Shown piece after piece: positions 1 to 12,810 of a stretch of 64,000 nt of DNA. Made by a program: the position numbers and the translations under genes. The notes beneath the pieces are model-generated. The model did no database searches. It had not been told where the DNA came from and worked only from the letters and a program-made list of their open reading frames with translations. The stretch spans positions 1-64,000 of the forward strand of contig JAPEUI010000030.1 in NCBI GenBank assembly GCA_026025075.1. The letters run 5' to 3'. How positions within the stretch are numbered: position 1 is the stretch's first letter; each line of letters opens with the position of its first letter. The stretch comes from Vezdaea acicularis. Lineage: Eukaryota.

Positions 1-258
1 TGATATTCCCGCACCCCCCCCCCCCCCCCTCCCTCCCTTTTTTTATATACGTTAAACCAACGATGGATGAGCCGAGCAGCGGTGCTGGTAGTATAGGACT
101 CTCTAATGCTTTCAAAGTCCTTTACAAGTTACGGCTAAACTCAAGGGGGGGGAAAGAGATTTTATTCCTCGCGTGCTCGCGCTATCCTAGGGTCTAGTCT
201 AGTCTATTCTATTAACGTTTGCCAATTTAGTTACTAGTGCGGTTGCTGTCGCCAGATC

Positions 259-337
259 ATTACTATTACCGTCGTCATCGTTGATTCCATTGCTATCGCC
301 ATTACCATCGCCATTACTATCGCTATTACTATCGCCA
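259..337. repeat. Degenerate ~12-bp minisatellite (attaccatcgcc / attactatcgct / attactatcgcc units)
   Basis: Three clear consecutive units from 301 plus more degenerate copies upstream; units differ mainly by C/T changes; flanking DNA is TpA-rich and there is a poly-C run near the window start. Confidence 0.6.
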
Positions 338-466
338 TGCATCATCATACAATTCCATAATCACGCGTACCAAACCGCCCATCAGAAGCCGTTCACAAGC
401 ATCGTAAACCCAGTATCGCGTGCTCAACGCCTCCAGATACGAGGTTGATGTGATCGGATACTGTGC

Positions 467-1982
467 TTAAGCGGTGGTTGGAGGTGCAGGCATGTGGACT
501 TTCCGTATCGTCACATCAGATGCTTCATTATGGCTCTCCTTGTGGTATTGACGAGAAGAAGACGGATGAGCGTGCTGGAGGGGGTGATGGTCTGAGTTCG
601 AGGTTGAGGCGCAGTCATGGAGAGGTTCTGTACCATGGTGACCACACACATCGAGACGTGGATAGGGCCATTTGGAGGGACTGTGGTGATCGCTGTTTCC
701 GTCGTCAAGATTCCCATGGTATTGGTAAGGCGGACCACCGGTACGACCGCCATCTGAACCACCATCCTGGCCATCATACCCATCGCTTCTGTCGCTGCTC
801 GGCTCCAAATCACCATCTCCTGCATCTCCTCCATACAGGTTCATATCCGCGGCCCATAACTCCTGCAGCCATCCAGACGTATAATAGACAAGCATCAGCG
901 TAGCGGAGTATAGTGCCATAACCGACTTTCCCAGGTTCGGAGCTAATGGGCCAGAGGCAGCCGAGCGCTTGGCCGATGGCGTGGCGGTGCCGGACGGGCG
1001 GAAGGTTGCAAGGAAGGAGGGGGGGCACGGTGTCCACGCAATGCCGAGAGGGTCGTAGCAGAGGATTGTTGCGATGGCAGACGTCCATTCTATGGCGGAG
1101 TAGCTGCTGCTGCTGCCGCTGCTTGAACTGCTGGTAGTGGTCGCTTTGGCTGTCGTAGGAGGCGGAAGAGCGGTTAATGATGATGACAGCGTGGTTGATA
1201 GCGGAGTAGATGTTGCGAGGGCAAGACTGGCCATACTGGTCACACTGGTTGCACTGGTTATACTGCTTATGCTGCTTATGTTCTGGCTGCTGGATGAGTT
1301 GGTGAGGGCATTGGACGCGAAACAGCCGGTGCCAAAGCCAGGGACATCATAGAGGCAGTACGGATTTGAAGACTGTATCACGTGGAAGTCAGTCATAACT
1401 CGCTCTATATGAAGAAAGTATCACGCGTAGATGGCTGGGGAAGTGAGGTGAGGCTTACAGGACAACAGTCGGATCCACAGCTTCCATCGCTACTATAGTC
1501 AGAGCAAGTGGGGTTCCCGCCGCAAGTTTGGCCAAGCGGACAGCACCCACTACCATCTACGCTGCAAGTAGTACCGGATGGACAGCAACCTTTGTTGCCA
1601 TATCCGTCGTCACAGCAAATACTACCGGAAGTACAGAAGGTGTTTCCACAACAAGTAAAGTCCTCCGAAACGCAAAAGGCTGAGATCGTATCAAGAGTCG
1701 GCGTACAGCACGACTCTGAAGTTGGGTTAGTACGAAACTTACCTTAGGGCTCACGGCAGAGGACACCAAGCCGAAGAGAGGGTCCGGATACCACTTACCA
1801 GCCGGACTAGAACAGTTGCAGCTTAGCTGCGGAGCAGAATCAAAGTTTTCCAGATATACTGGAGACAGGGAAGAAGAAAGAGGGACAGAGACGACCGGAT
1901 TGAAGATGAGGCATGAGACATAAGAGAAAGTGAAATCAGGGACATAAGGAGAGCAGCTCCTTGACAGGCAAGGATAGGCCAT
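467..1982 (-). CDS. Cys-rich / Ser-Thr-rich putative cell-surface protein (3 exons; start codon uncertain)
   Basis: Introns 1716-1798 (GTAAGT..TACTAAC..CAG) and 1373-1458 join in frame. Exon 1459-1715 encodes 18 Cys with six CC pairs (ESCCTP...GCCPSGTTC...GCCPLGQTC...DCCP), followed by an S/T-rich stalk and a hydrophobic segment in ORF 467..1396. Confidence 0.65.
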
Positions 1983-2985
1983 CGCGCCAAAAGGTCCACC
2001 ACGAGTATTCACGTGTCAGACCCAACACTGGATACCTCCAAATACCACGCGTTTGGTAGCGGAATCCGTCCGATTAGGCCAAAGGGTAAGACTCAGGGTT
2101 CTCCTATACGCCACCACGCTTGGACTGGAGCATCAGATACGAGATCGTGGCCGTGAAGGTGCGCGATTTGCGTGCACGGAAGCGACGTTGTCGGAAAGAT
2201 GAGGCAGTGCAAGAGGCAGATGCAGTGGAGGAGCCTCTTCGTGATGACGAGTCGCGTGTGGTTGCGATCGAAATCATTTGAAATAAGGCGACGCTTAGGG
2301 CTCCGGTGGATCCTTGCCCCCTCTCGTCGGGCTCGGCTGGCGGATGAGCCGGAGGAGGAAGAACTTCGAGCGCGCCACGACGTCACCATCAGCGTCAGGA
2401 AGCTGAGCGGAGACTCAGGGCTCACGGAGGCGGGGGGGATCAAATTAGGCGCAGACCCTTTGCTTCGGCCTGAATTTCGACTTCAGATAACGCAGCGCAA
2501 GTAGCCTTCCGCGGCGTAGATAATGAGCGGACTGCGCTCGCCGTGAGCGTCTGGAATAAGCTGCATCACGACTTCCTGCATGGGGTCTGGCCTGAAGATT
2601 GGCGTTGTCGCTGGTGCGCGGCAGTTTCCAAATCGTCGCGAGTGCTCGACCAGACAGGTTACCGTTGCTCGAGATCTTCCACGACCGCGCCCGCTCATTG
2701 GCGCTCCGGCGGCCCCCCATCCAACCCCAAAGCGCCACCAAGGGCCGCCGGCCTTCCGCAGCCCTCTACCAAACCTGCATCGACGAAACGTTGCTCCCCT
2801 CTCGCCCACCGTCGCTCTTAGTGCATTCTTCCATCTCACCAGCCTCCACGGACGACTCCATATAACAACGTCGCGCCCGTTCAAACGCCTCGCTGTGTAT
2901 TCGAGAATTTTGGTCGTGTGCTCACTCATGATCCTATGACCCGGCGACCGTACTTCTCCATCCGCGGGACCTCGCCTAATAACGC

Positions 2986-4787
2986 ATGGGTTACTATCTA
3001 CACCCTGCCGGCACTATGTTCGTGACGTTATGGACCCTGTTCCTGGCGATAGGCTTCACCTCAGCTCAGTCGCTCTCCGCAAGTAACGACACGTCTTTAG
3101 TAGGCAATGCGACCCAACTTACACTGGTTGTCTCGCCGATGGCCGGCCTGCGATTCAACATCGAACCGCTAACCGGCACGGCAGGATTGACAGTAGCGGC
3201 TCAGGTGAGCTCATCAGAATCTTAGATCGTATATCATGAGTCTAATACAATTTAAAGCCAATCTCAAACGTCCCATTAGTTCTGGCAAACTTATCAATTG
3301 CCACGAATGTCCCTAAGGGCGCTATCGCATATCTCAACTGCGAAGCAAGCGCGTATCCTAGCAGCAACCTCGGCGTGAACGATGTTTTCAACATGGCAGC
3401 AAGCAGAGGACCAAGCGCCATATTGCTATTCAGTCTATCATCAAATCACTGCAACTATACCGGTGGCGGCGCCCCAAGCTTCGACTTTGTTTATTCCATG
3501 ATTGGCGCAGATTCTTCTGCAATGCTGCTATCAAAACTTCAAAGCACCACCATCTCCAGCAACCTTCAACCAGTAAATAATCTGCAAGCATCCATTTCGA
3601 ACATGACAAACGATATCTTAAACCACTTCAATACGGGCAATGGAACGGATAATGGCAACGGCGGAGCCTTTGGTCCTGTACCCACCACTCAGGTCGCCAT
3701 GATTATCTTGTACAGCATCACCGGAGTCATCACCGCATTGTTTTTAATCATAATCATCACCGGCGCCATCCGCGCTCATCGCCATCCTGAGAGATATGGC
3801 CCGCGTAACGCGATCTTAGGACGGCCCCGACAGAGCAGAGCTAAGGGGATAGCACGTGCTGTGCTCGAGACCCTCCCAATCAAGAAGTTTGGCGAAAAGG
3901 ACGACAAGGCGAATACAGACGTTGAGCTTGCTACCGACACCAGCCATGCCGAGACCACAGAGGCCGGAGCATCCACAGCAGCGCCGGCGGTTGCCGAGCG
4001 ACGAGGCTCCTCAGACTCGATCCACGAGGTCCAGGAGCCTGCTGGCGGTAGTTCGAGTGAAGAGGGAACCGGAAAGGCCGCAGCAGTAGCTGGTAGCTCC
4101 GCTGAAAAGAGCGCCGTAGAAGGACCAGAGATAGCTCATGAAGGACATGGCGAAGACAAGGACGAAGGGCTAAGCTGCTCCATCTGCACCGAGGACTTTG
4201 TCAAAGGCGAAGACATACGCGTTCTACCATGTGATCACAAATTCCATCCGGAATGCGTAGATCCTTGGCTGCTGAATGTGTCCGGGACCTGTCCTCTATG
4301 GTAAGCCCCTCTTATCCGAACTCGGTCGAGTATATAAAGCTAACACTTAGACAGCCGTATCGACCTTCGCACAACAGGCACTACAGACCCTGCAAACACT
4401 ACTACTACTTCTACAGAGCCCACTACAGATGAATCAACGCCCCTACCACCTCCCCTCGCCCTCGCAGAAGGCTCAGCCGCTCCTCCCGTATCTCGAAACC
4501 GGATATCGCGCTATCTCGAGCTCCGCCGCATGGCCCCCGAAGAGCGCATGGCAGCCCTCAGGGCGATGCGCCGAGACCGCCAGGACAGTCAGGCAGCGGT
4601 ACCACAACCGGAAGAAGGGCACGCGCGCCGTGCTCGCCGATCCAACCTCTTCAGCACCGTGTTCAGAATTCATACCCGCCACATGGACGAGCCCTCGGCG
4701 ACTGGCGCGGCGGATGGCGTCCCAGCAGACGAAACGCCCGCCGAGAGAAGGCGGAGATCGAGTCGCTATGGTACTTTTGCTGGTTGA
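2986..4787 (+). CDS. Membrane-anchored RING-H2 E3 ubiquitin ligase (signal peptide, luminal domain, one TM, RING-H2)
   Basis: Exons 2986-3204, 3258-4300, 4355-4787; TM AMIILYSITGVITALFLIIIITGAI; RING-H2 CSIC...LPCDHKFHPECVDPWL...TCPLC completed across intron 4301-4354. Confidence 0.9.
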
Positions 4788-5069
4788 AACCCTTTTGAAT
4801 GTGTACAATTCCTGGCGTTATGGCTTTTACGTATGTACGATGAGGCGTTGGGACTCGCTGGCTGGTGGTGTCTGGGCGCGTGTACGACTACACCACTTGT
4901 CGAGGTTCTGTATGTAGAACCCGGAAAGGGCTATGAGCGTAAATTCAGCGATTGAATTCTGTCTACCCACTTTGTGCTATCACCCTAGTCCCACGCAAGT
5001 TCTTCTAGCTCAAGGGCCGAACACTCAGTCCACCATATATGTATCCTTCCTCGCCCCTCTTATCCCCCC

Positions 5070-5781
5070 TCACCCACCCGAAGCCCCCTCCCAACCCCCC
5101 CGAATCCACTCCAAACAGCCTCCGACCCGCCCCACCCTCCTCACCCCCGCCGCCACCTCACACCTCTCCCCACCATCCACCCCGCCCAACCCCATCCTCC
5201 CCAAACTCTCCTCCACCACCCCCTGCCCCGCCGTAAACTGCCATAAGTTCGCCTGACTCCTACTCCCAGCATCCCTCCTAAGCCCTCTAACCACATCCTC
5301 CCCAAGGGCAATCCGATCCGCATCCCCCAGATCCGGCCAACTCGCTCTTCGTCTTGGCGGGGCACATCGGCACCTATTCATGCACCACTGCCGTAACTCG
5401 GAACTGGAGAAGAGGAGCGGATCCGCGTATTCCGCGAGGCAGGAGTAGGCGCCTAGAGGGGCGTTGGCGGACCAGCAGATGCAGCCGAGTGTGTAAGGGT
5501 TGTGAGGGGTGTATTTGCAGAGGGAGAGGAGGGAGGGGTAGGAGATGGTTGGGTGGCCTCTGTGAAGAAGAAGGGGGGTTAGTGAGAAGAGAAGGGGGAG
5601 GGATGGAGGATGGGGGAGGTTACGAGGGCCAGCCGGGCCAGTCCGCAGGAGGGACTGAGCCGGTGCAGGTTAGGTAGTTGTCTGTGAGGGGTTTTGCGGT
5701 GACGGGAGGAAGGTCGAGGGAGAATAGTAGGAGGAGGAGGAGGAGAGGGTGAAGGAGAGGGTGAAGGACAGAAGATAGCAT
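5070..5781 (-). CDS. Small secreted cysteine-rich protein, 215 aa (2 exons)
   Basis: Hydrophobic N-terminus MLSSVLHPLLHPLLLLLLLFSLDLPPVTA; intron 5560-5623 (GTAACC..CTAAC..CAG) gives an in-frame join; 8-Cys domain ending WCMNRCRC, then a Gly-rich tail. Confidence 0.75.
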
Positions 5782-6398
5782 GATCGTAGCATCTACGAGC
5801 CTCGTTGATGGCAAGGTGTGTGTATCAGTACCATGGATTTAAGGTCGCCAGACAATAAAACCAGAACATAAAAGGTGTGGATCGCCGGCATGACGTCCGT
5901 GGGCGAAGCGTGGCTTTTGGGTTTTGCGACGATCCTGTAAGACATGCGTGAGTTTTTCCTCCTCTCCATATTTCCTCGTGTCGTGGGGTTCGAGGGGGTG
6001 TCTGTGCGTGGGGGACTGGGCGGGGTGGTCATAGCTTGTAAGAGGGTCTCGGTTTGTATCGGGGATGGAGGGGAGGGGTATGCAAAGGGCCTTGCCGTCA
6101 GTTTTAAAGAGATGTGAGGTTGCTTTCAGAATCTGTTTGGATGACTTGGTTGTTAGCACGCTCGTCGACTGGCAGATGGTGAATTGGGTATAAATTTCTC
6201 GTATTCGGGACGTATCCAACTACCTCGTATGAGGAGGTGCTTCTAGCGAATGTTTGAGAGCTTGCCAGGGACATGAAAGGCGAACGCCCGGCCACAGAGC
6301 CTCGTAGACTGCATACAATAAACAAACACCGGCGTAATGTGTCACAAGAGCTGGACGTAAAAGATCTGGGTAGATCGTTTCGCCGCAAGCTCTGCCCC

Positions 6399-8883
6399 CT
6401 ACCACTCCAGCGGCTCCTCCAAGACCTCTCCCCGATTAGTCTTCGGAACGGGTGCTGCCTCGACCTTGACGGGGCCGTTCCTCTTCCCTCTCTTCAGATA
6501 TCCACTACCGTCCAACCACGGAGTATCCGCCGAGCGTCTGATCTCAAACTTCTTGATCTTGTCTTCCATCTGCATGGTCAGGCCAATATCGTCGAGTCCG
6601 TTGATGAGGCAATGTTTCCTAAACTCCTCAACAGGGAAGTCGGCCAGCTTCTTGCCATTGGCGTCGTTTACACGCTGGTTGGGCAGGTCAATCTCAATCT
6701 CACGTCCGGCTTCTGCTTCAGCAGCGACCCTCCTCAAAGCCTCGGGGTTCGAGATGATAAGCGGTAGCATCCCGTTCTTGAACGTGTTGTTGAAGAAGAT
6801 ATCGGCATACGATGGGGCGATTACACAAGTGATACCAAAATCGAGCAGAGCCCACGGTGCGTGCTCGCGAGAGCTCCCGCAGCCGAAATTTGGGCCAGTC
6901 ACGACCAGGATTTTCGCATGGCGGTATGGCTCTTGATTCAAGACGAAGTCTGGCTTTTCAGAGCCGTCATCGTTGTAGCGGAGGGCGTGGAAGAGTGCAG
7001 TGCCCAATCCGGTTCGCTTGATTGTCTTTAAGAATTGCTTGGGAATAATAGCGTCAGTGTCAACATTTGATTGGTGCACAGGAGCGGCGATTCCCTTTAG
7101 CGTTATGAATTTAGCCATTCCAGAAGACTTAATGGAATGGGCTCCACTTTTCATAGTCGAGTCCGTATCCTCTGGTATGTCCATGATTCGATCCAAGTCC
7201 TCATCAGAATCAATTTCTTCAACTTCAGGAGAAACGTCAAGTTTTGGCGATGCTTTGGCAGGAGTGGCATTGGCTCCAGCGATCTTGCGAACATCTGCGA
7301 GCTTCCCAGTAATTGCAGCTGCTGCGGCCATGACAGGAGACATCAAATGCGTGCGGCCTCCAGCGCCCTGGCGCCCTTCGAAGTTGCGGTTACTCGTGCT
7401 TGCACACCGTTCTTTGGGAGCGAGGATATCCGGGTTCATACCCAAGCACATGCTGCACCCGGCTTCCCGCCATTCAAAGCCAGCATTAACAAAAATCTTG
7501 TCAAGGCCCTCTGATTCTGCTTGCTTCTTCACGAGGCCAGAGCCTGGCACGACCATTGCCCGCTTCAAGCTCTTCGAGATCTTATGGCCATTCAGGACCT
7601 TTGCGGCGGCTCTCAAGTCCTCGATTCGGGCATTAGTGCAAGACCCGATGAATATCTTATCGAGCACGATATCTTGCATTGGCGTCCCTGGGATAAGACC
7701 CATGTACTCCAGGGCTCTTCTGGCGCTCGCTTTCTTCGCATCATCGTCAAAGTCTTCCGGGTCTGGGACAACGCCGGTGATAGGTATTACGTCTTGCGGA
7801 CTTGTACCCCAGGTGACGGTTGGTATTATATCTTGAGCCTTGATGAAAACCTCCACATCGTACTTTGCGGTAGGGTCCGACTTCAAACTCGACCAGTATC
7901 TGACTGCTTTCTTCCATTCGGGAGTGTCTACCTTAGGGGCCAAGGGTCGCCCTTTAAGATATTCGAAAGTAGTCTCGTCTGGGGCAATCATCCCCGCTCT
8001 CGCACCAGCTTCGACCGACATGTTGCAGATGGACATTCTCGCTTCCATACTAAGAGCACGGATTGCGGAACCGCAATACTCGATAACGGCGCCGGTCCCG
8101 CCGGCGGTACCGATGACTCCAATTGCATGTAATATGATATCTTTTGAGCTGACTCCGGGGGGTAGTACGCCGTCAACCTGGATTCTCATATTCTTGCTTC
8201 TCTTTGTGATTAACGTCTGTGTCGCGAGAACATGCTCCACCTCACTCGTTCCTATTCCGAAGGCTAGCGCACCGAAAGCACCATGTGTAGAGGTATGGCT
8301 GTCGCCACATACAACAGTAGTGCCTGGCAGGGTAAAACCTTGCTCCGGTCCAATTATGTGGACGATCCCCTGCCTCTTATCACCCATACCGAAGTATGTT
8401 AAGCCGAAAGCCTCGACATTCTCCTCGAGGGTAACGCATTGGGTGCGAGAATCCGCTTCTTCGATGAAGCTTTTCGCGTCTTTATAGCTTCTGCGGGATG
8501 AAGTTGGGACGTTCTAAGGTTCAAAATTCAGTGTGGGACGCCAAAAGCATTCGAACAGACTTACATGGTCGGTAGTAGCCAAGGTGCAGTCTGGACGCCT
8601 CACTTTCCTGCCAGCATTTCGCAGGCCCTCAAAGGCTTGCTGAAGGCACACATGTCAGTGCTGGTAATTAAGAATTGCTGAGTTGTAAGCATAGATCTTA
8701 CTGGTGAAGTGACTTCATGCACCAGGTGCCGATCTGTTGTAGCAGTTAGACCTCGGCCCGCGCGTCTAAACGACATGACGTACCGATATATAATAAGACG
8801 GTGCCGTCAGGCTGCTCATTCACGACATGGTCTTGAAATACCTTGTCATAAAGAGTCTGGGGTTTCCTTTCGGCTGAGGGCAT
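6399..8883 (-). CDS. LEU1: 3-isopropylmalate dehydratase (fused large and small subunit)
   Basis: N-terminus [16 protein letters not shown] over 3 short introns; motifs [60 protein letters not shown]. Confidence 0.97.
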
Positions 8884-9046
8884 TCTGAAGCATGAATGTT
8901 CGCGCTCTGAATATGCTTATCAAACTTGCAAGATGGAGCAAGGCGGAGACGGAGCTCATATAGAATTATTTTTTTGCTCTAAGCTCCAAGCTCGGTTCAG
9001 CGGGGTGCAGCCGCCCAGGAAGTCCCCAGTCGCCACGCGAGCTCTG

Positions 9047-9056
9047 CCGGTATCGG
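9047..9056. promoter_or_regulatory. Leu3/LeuB-type binding site CCG-N4-CGG (CCGGTATCGG)
   Basis: Fits the CCGN4CGG everted repeat bound by Leu3-family Zn2Cys6 factors; about 165 bp upstream of the LEU1 ATG; flanks extend the dyad (tgCCGGTATCGGca). Confidence 0.7.
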
Positions 9057-9437
9057 CATAAGCTGGATCAGGGATGAGGCGATTGGCGAGAGGTCAAAAC
9101 ACGACAAAGATCCTCATCGGAGATCAACATAGGACAATAGAATTGCGAAAGCGGAGTTACTTCGGGCTCTGCGCTGGGAAATTTGTGACAGGTAACATTT
9201 CTTCATAGCCGAGGATAGGGTCCGATCATCGGAATGGAATTGACCAGGCCCTGTTCGAACAACAACCAAACATGTGGTGATCAGTTTCTAAATATATAAA
9301 TCCTTCACTATCTTACAGTCTATTTCTAAAAGATTCCCCCCAAAAACGCCACCCAATGCAGCTCGATATGCATTACTCAGAGTTTTAGGATAACGAGAAG
9401 CACGATCGTATCGTTCCGGACGTGAAGAGCGCCGTTC

Positions 9438-10982
9438 TTAGACCATGAGGTTGTCTTCCCTGAAAACAAGCAGAGCAAGTCTATGCCTGACTAGTAGACC
9501 AAGAAGTCCACAGGCCATTTGCGCGATCAGCACGCCGGCCGCGAGCTTATCCTCCCTCATCGGTCCAAACCATACCAACCAAAGGTTGAGTAAAGTAAAG
9601 TTAGAGCATTCAATGATCTCTCCTTTCGGGTTAACTTCAATATGAAGTAAGTTAAGACGGTACAGCAGCTTGAGACCTATTGAGATCAGCTTCGGCGGCG
9701 GCACCCGGTACCACATCCTGGAAGGCTCCATGAGATTGGTGCGAGCATTGTAATGGGGGAGTCTATGACGAGGACATGGGACCAGTCGAAAGAGCTGTGG
9801 TGCCGAATATATGAAGTTGAAGATTTGCGGAATGAAAAGGAGAAGGAGTGTTTTGCTAAAATGACCGAGGATCCCTACAACAGCAAAAACCATGCCAGCA
9901 AAGTAACAGTAAGTATCTCCGACAAAGACTTTAGCTGGGTACCAATTGTGCTGCCACAAAGCAATGGAGACGCCTAGGAAGGGTAGCAAGAGGTACAGCG
10001 AGAAAAGATGGGAATCTGTCGCTGGATGGGGATATCGTGTAAGCGGTATGAGATATATAGCGTCATTAAGAATGAGCAAAGTTGCTATGACAATGGATTG
10101 CGAAACCTCAATGCCGTTGATACCTGCAAGGATGTTGATGCTATTAGGGCAGAAGATGGCAACCGCGGCCATGTACGCATAGTATAGCCAACCTATTCCT
10201 CTCGTTAGAAGAGAATGAAAATGTGGGTGAAGCGTCTACTTCATACCAAGATCAAACAGTTCCCCGAGGTATTTTTGAAGAGGAAGCGGGACGACGACCT
10301 GCGTCACACCAAAGTCGACAAAGTATACTATCAAGATCGGGATGGCTGCAAAGGCTGGGATGAAGAACTTATGCCGCCATCTAATATCCAGAAGATCGTC
10401 TCCAATTCCAAGTATGACAGCTGATTGAAGGGACAGAATCGCCGAAAGATAGGATGCCAGCTATACCTCGGATTGTTAGCAAGAGCTAGGTATAGGGAAT
10501 AGAGCATTGAGTTCGCACCTTACTGTGAGGGAAACGGTGTAAGAAACGGCCAGTCTCAACTTCCCTCAACTCCATAACCACATCCCTGTTACCACCTCCA
10601 GATGTTGCGGCCACTATATCTTTATAGAACGGAAATGGAATGAAAACCATAATCACCAGAAGATACACGACTGCGCATACCGCGCCCATCGTTTCCGGGC
10701 TGTATCAGTGCAGTCAGCTTTGAAAATCCATAGGGTCATGAAGGTTTCAAACATTTCGGGCTTCCTTGCTTTAGACATGTCTTTACCCTTGAGACCAGCT
10801 CGTATGAAGGTATCTCCAAGCCATCGTATTAGGCAAAAACTAAAAGCATATGCGATGCCGCTGAATGCCAAAGAGGCGATTAGAGGCTCGCCATCGCCCT
10901 GAAAGGTATTTGAAATAACCCCAATGCATGCCGCGCTTAAGGAAAGTAGTGAAAGCGTTTCTGTCCTGCTTAATACGTTCAT
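9438..10982 (-). CDS. ALG7: UDP-GlcNAc:dolichyl-phosphate GlcNAc-1-phosphotransferase
   Basis: 4 exons; motifs GLKGKDMSK, PETMGAV, FCPNSINILAGINGIE, YPAKVFVGDTYCYFAG, PCPRHRLP; multi-TM. Confidence 0.96.
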
Positions 10983-11333
10983 GGTCGCCCAACAGTGCGA
11001 GAGTCAACCAATCTATGAATGCACAAACTTTGCGACTCGCGCAAACTGTCCAGAAGCAGCCGAGCTTAATCCCTGTCGTACTAAGATTTAGCGTGCTGCA
11101 ACTACGGAAAATCCTTATGCCGAATTTCTGCAGTTATCTACCTTTTTTGATTTTCCTAAAGCTCTGCGTAGAGCTGGCAACACAGAACTTTCCTTTTCTC
11201 ATGAGCGTTCTTTGTGGTCTCTTTTCCCTGCTGAACCTCTAGCAGTTCCCAATTTCTATCCAAGCTTTCTCCCAAGCCAAATGCTGAAACCCTGATTGGA
11301 CGGTTCCACTTGCAGTCCTTCACTGAAGCCAGG

Positions 11334-12657
11334 ATGCCACACTCCTTGGAGGTTCCAGACGTTGATGAGCCGAATGAAGTTGTTTCGTTCGATAGCGGGC
11401 ATAGGGATCTAGTCCAGGGTGTATCATACAATCTGTACGGCACCCGTATCTTAGTATGCTCGGCGGATCATCGTATCAAGGTTTTCGATAGAGAAGGTGA
11501 TAAATTCTCTCTGGTCGATACCTGGAAGGCCCACGATGCTGAAGTTATCGAGGTAAGCTTCGTGCATGTTGTCCGTTCCTAGCATATAACTCTCGATGTG
11601 GCATCGAGGCAGTAGACGTTTTCTAACGAAAGCTTTCCTGTAGGCCCAGTGGGTAGCTACCACTATTGGCCATGCACTAGGCTCTATTGGTGACGATCTG
11701 AGATTCAAGGTGTGGCGTGAGGATATTTACGAAGCGCCCCTCTCTGGACGTCGATTTAAGTGCATATTCAGCTTTCATTCCCCCAGTGCCAGCCCGTTCG
11801 AGTCCCTCTCAATCAAGACTAGTAACTCCCTCAACATCACTTATGTTGCTCTGATCAGCCGTAACGCTCGCCTCACGGTTCTCGAGTCTAATTCAGGTCC
11901 GCCTGAGCCATTGGCTAGCTGGACTCGCTTTGATGAATTTCAGGTCTGCAATCCGCCGCATCGTGGCGATGAAACCGCGTTTCGTGTCCAGTTTTGCATG
12001 GATGACACGCCTGAAGCCAATCTGCTTGTGGCTGGGGTTAACGAGGACGCACTTAGTTTAGTTACAACCGCAATGGATACAGCTAAGATCTTCCGCACGA
12101 ACCTAAATCGGAACTTTTATCAGGTTGCAGAGCTAGCGGGTCACCGAGGCCTCGTGCGTGATGTATGCTGGGCCGATAATGCAGGCACCGGAGTTGATAC
12201 CCTTGCCACGACCTGCAAGGACGGTGTCATCCGAGTATTCGAAGTCACTGTTCCTGGCGCACTTGACTTGGTAGAAAAGAGTGGGGCTTATGCGAAGGGG
12301 ATTGACTTCGTGTCTCGGGATGGACGGAGCTCAAATCTGGTCTCATTTAATCCACCCAATGATACCCGGGCTACTTCAGCATTGTCAGGTATTGGAGCCG
12401 GTTTAGCTGGCGTCTCTAACATTGGCTACAACACCCGCGAATCCAAGGCCGATAGTGTTTACACAGGTCCTGACGAGGTCAGACAAATAGCGAAGATTGT
12501 GGCAGAGATTCGTGAGCACCCTGGCGCAGTTTGGAGGGTCAAGTGGACCGAGTTTGGAAGGGAACTGGTCTCTGCAGGGGACGATGGAACCATGCGGGTC
12601 TGGAAGCGAGCCATTGATGGGACCTTTAAGGAATATACCGAGATCTTACCGGAGTAA
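11334..12657 (+). CDS. SEH1: WD40 nucleoporin / SEA-complex subunit, Seh1-like
   Basis: GHRDLVQGVSYNLYGTRILVCSADHRIKVFD, WKAHDAEV, intron ~11553-11643, GHRGLVRDVCWA, HPGAVWRVKW...LVSAGDDGTMRVWK. Confidence 0.8.
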
Positions 12658-12810
12658 GTGTGTCATGTCAAATGGCTTGGATTCTCTCGACGTTAAGAAA
12701 ATAGCTGGGATGTTCGTTTCAACGATCTAGACGGTATTTGTGCAACAATGACCAAGCATTTGAGGATTCGCCGTCATAGGGTGCCTCAATATCAAGAACT
12801 TATGGTAATC

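Noticed and set aside
1716..1742. Apparent 27-nt intron (GTAAGT..TACTAAC..CAG) or nested intron
   Set aside because: Using this donor shifts out of the Cys-rich frame; the donor at 1798 gives an in-frame 83-nt intron
6273..8487. Long + strand ORFs (164-278 aa) opposite LEU1, and similar antisense ORFs over MSB2, HOS3, PRD1 and STR3
   Set aside because: Shadow frames of conserved coding sequence; no motifs or independent splice signals
6399..12657. LEU1 near SEH1 as a leucine-sensing (TORC1) cluster
   Set aside because: Separated by ALG7; no shared motif; ordinary housekeeping adjacency
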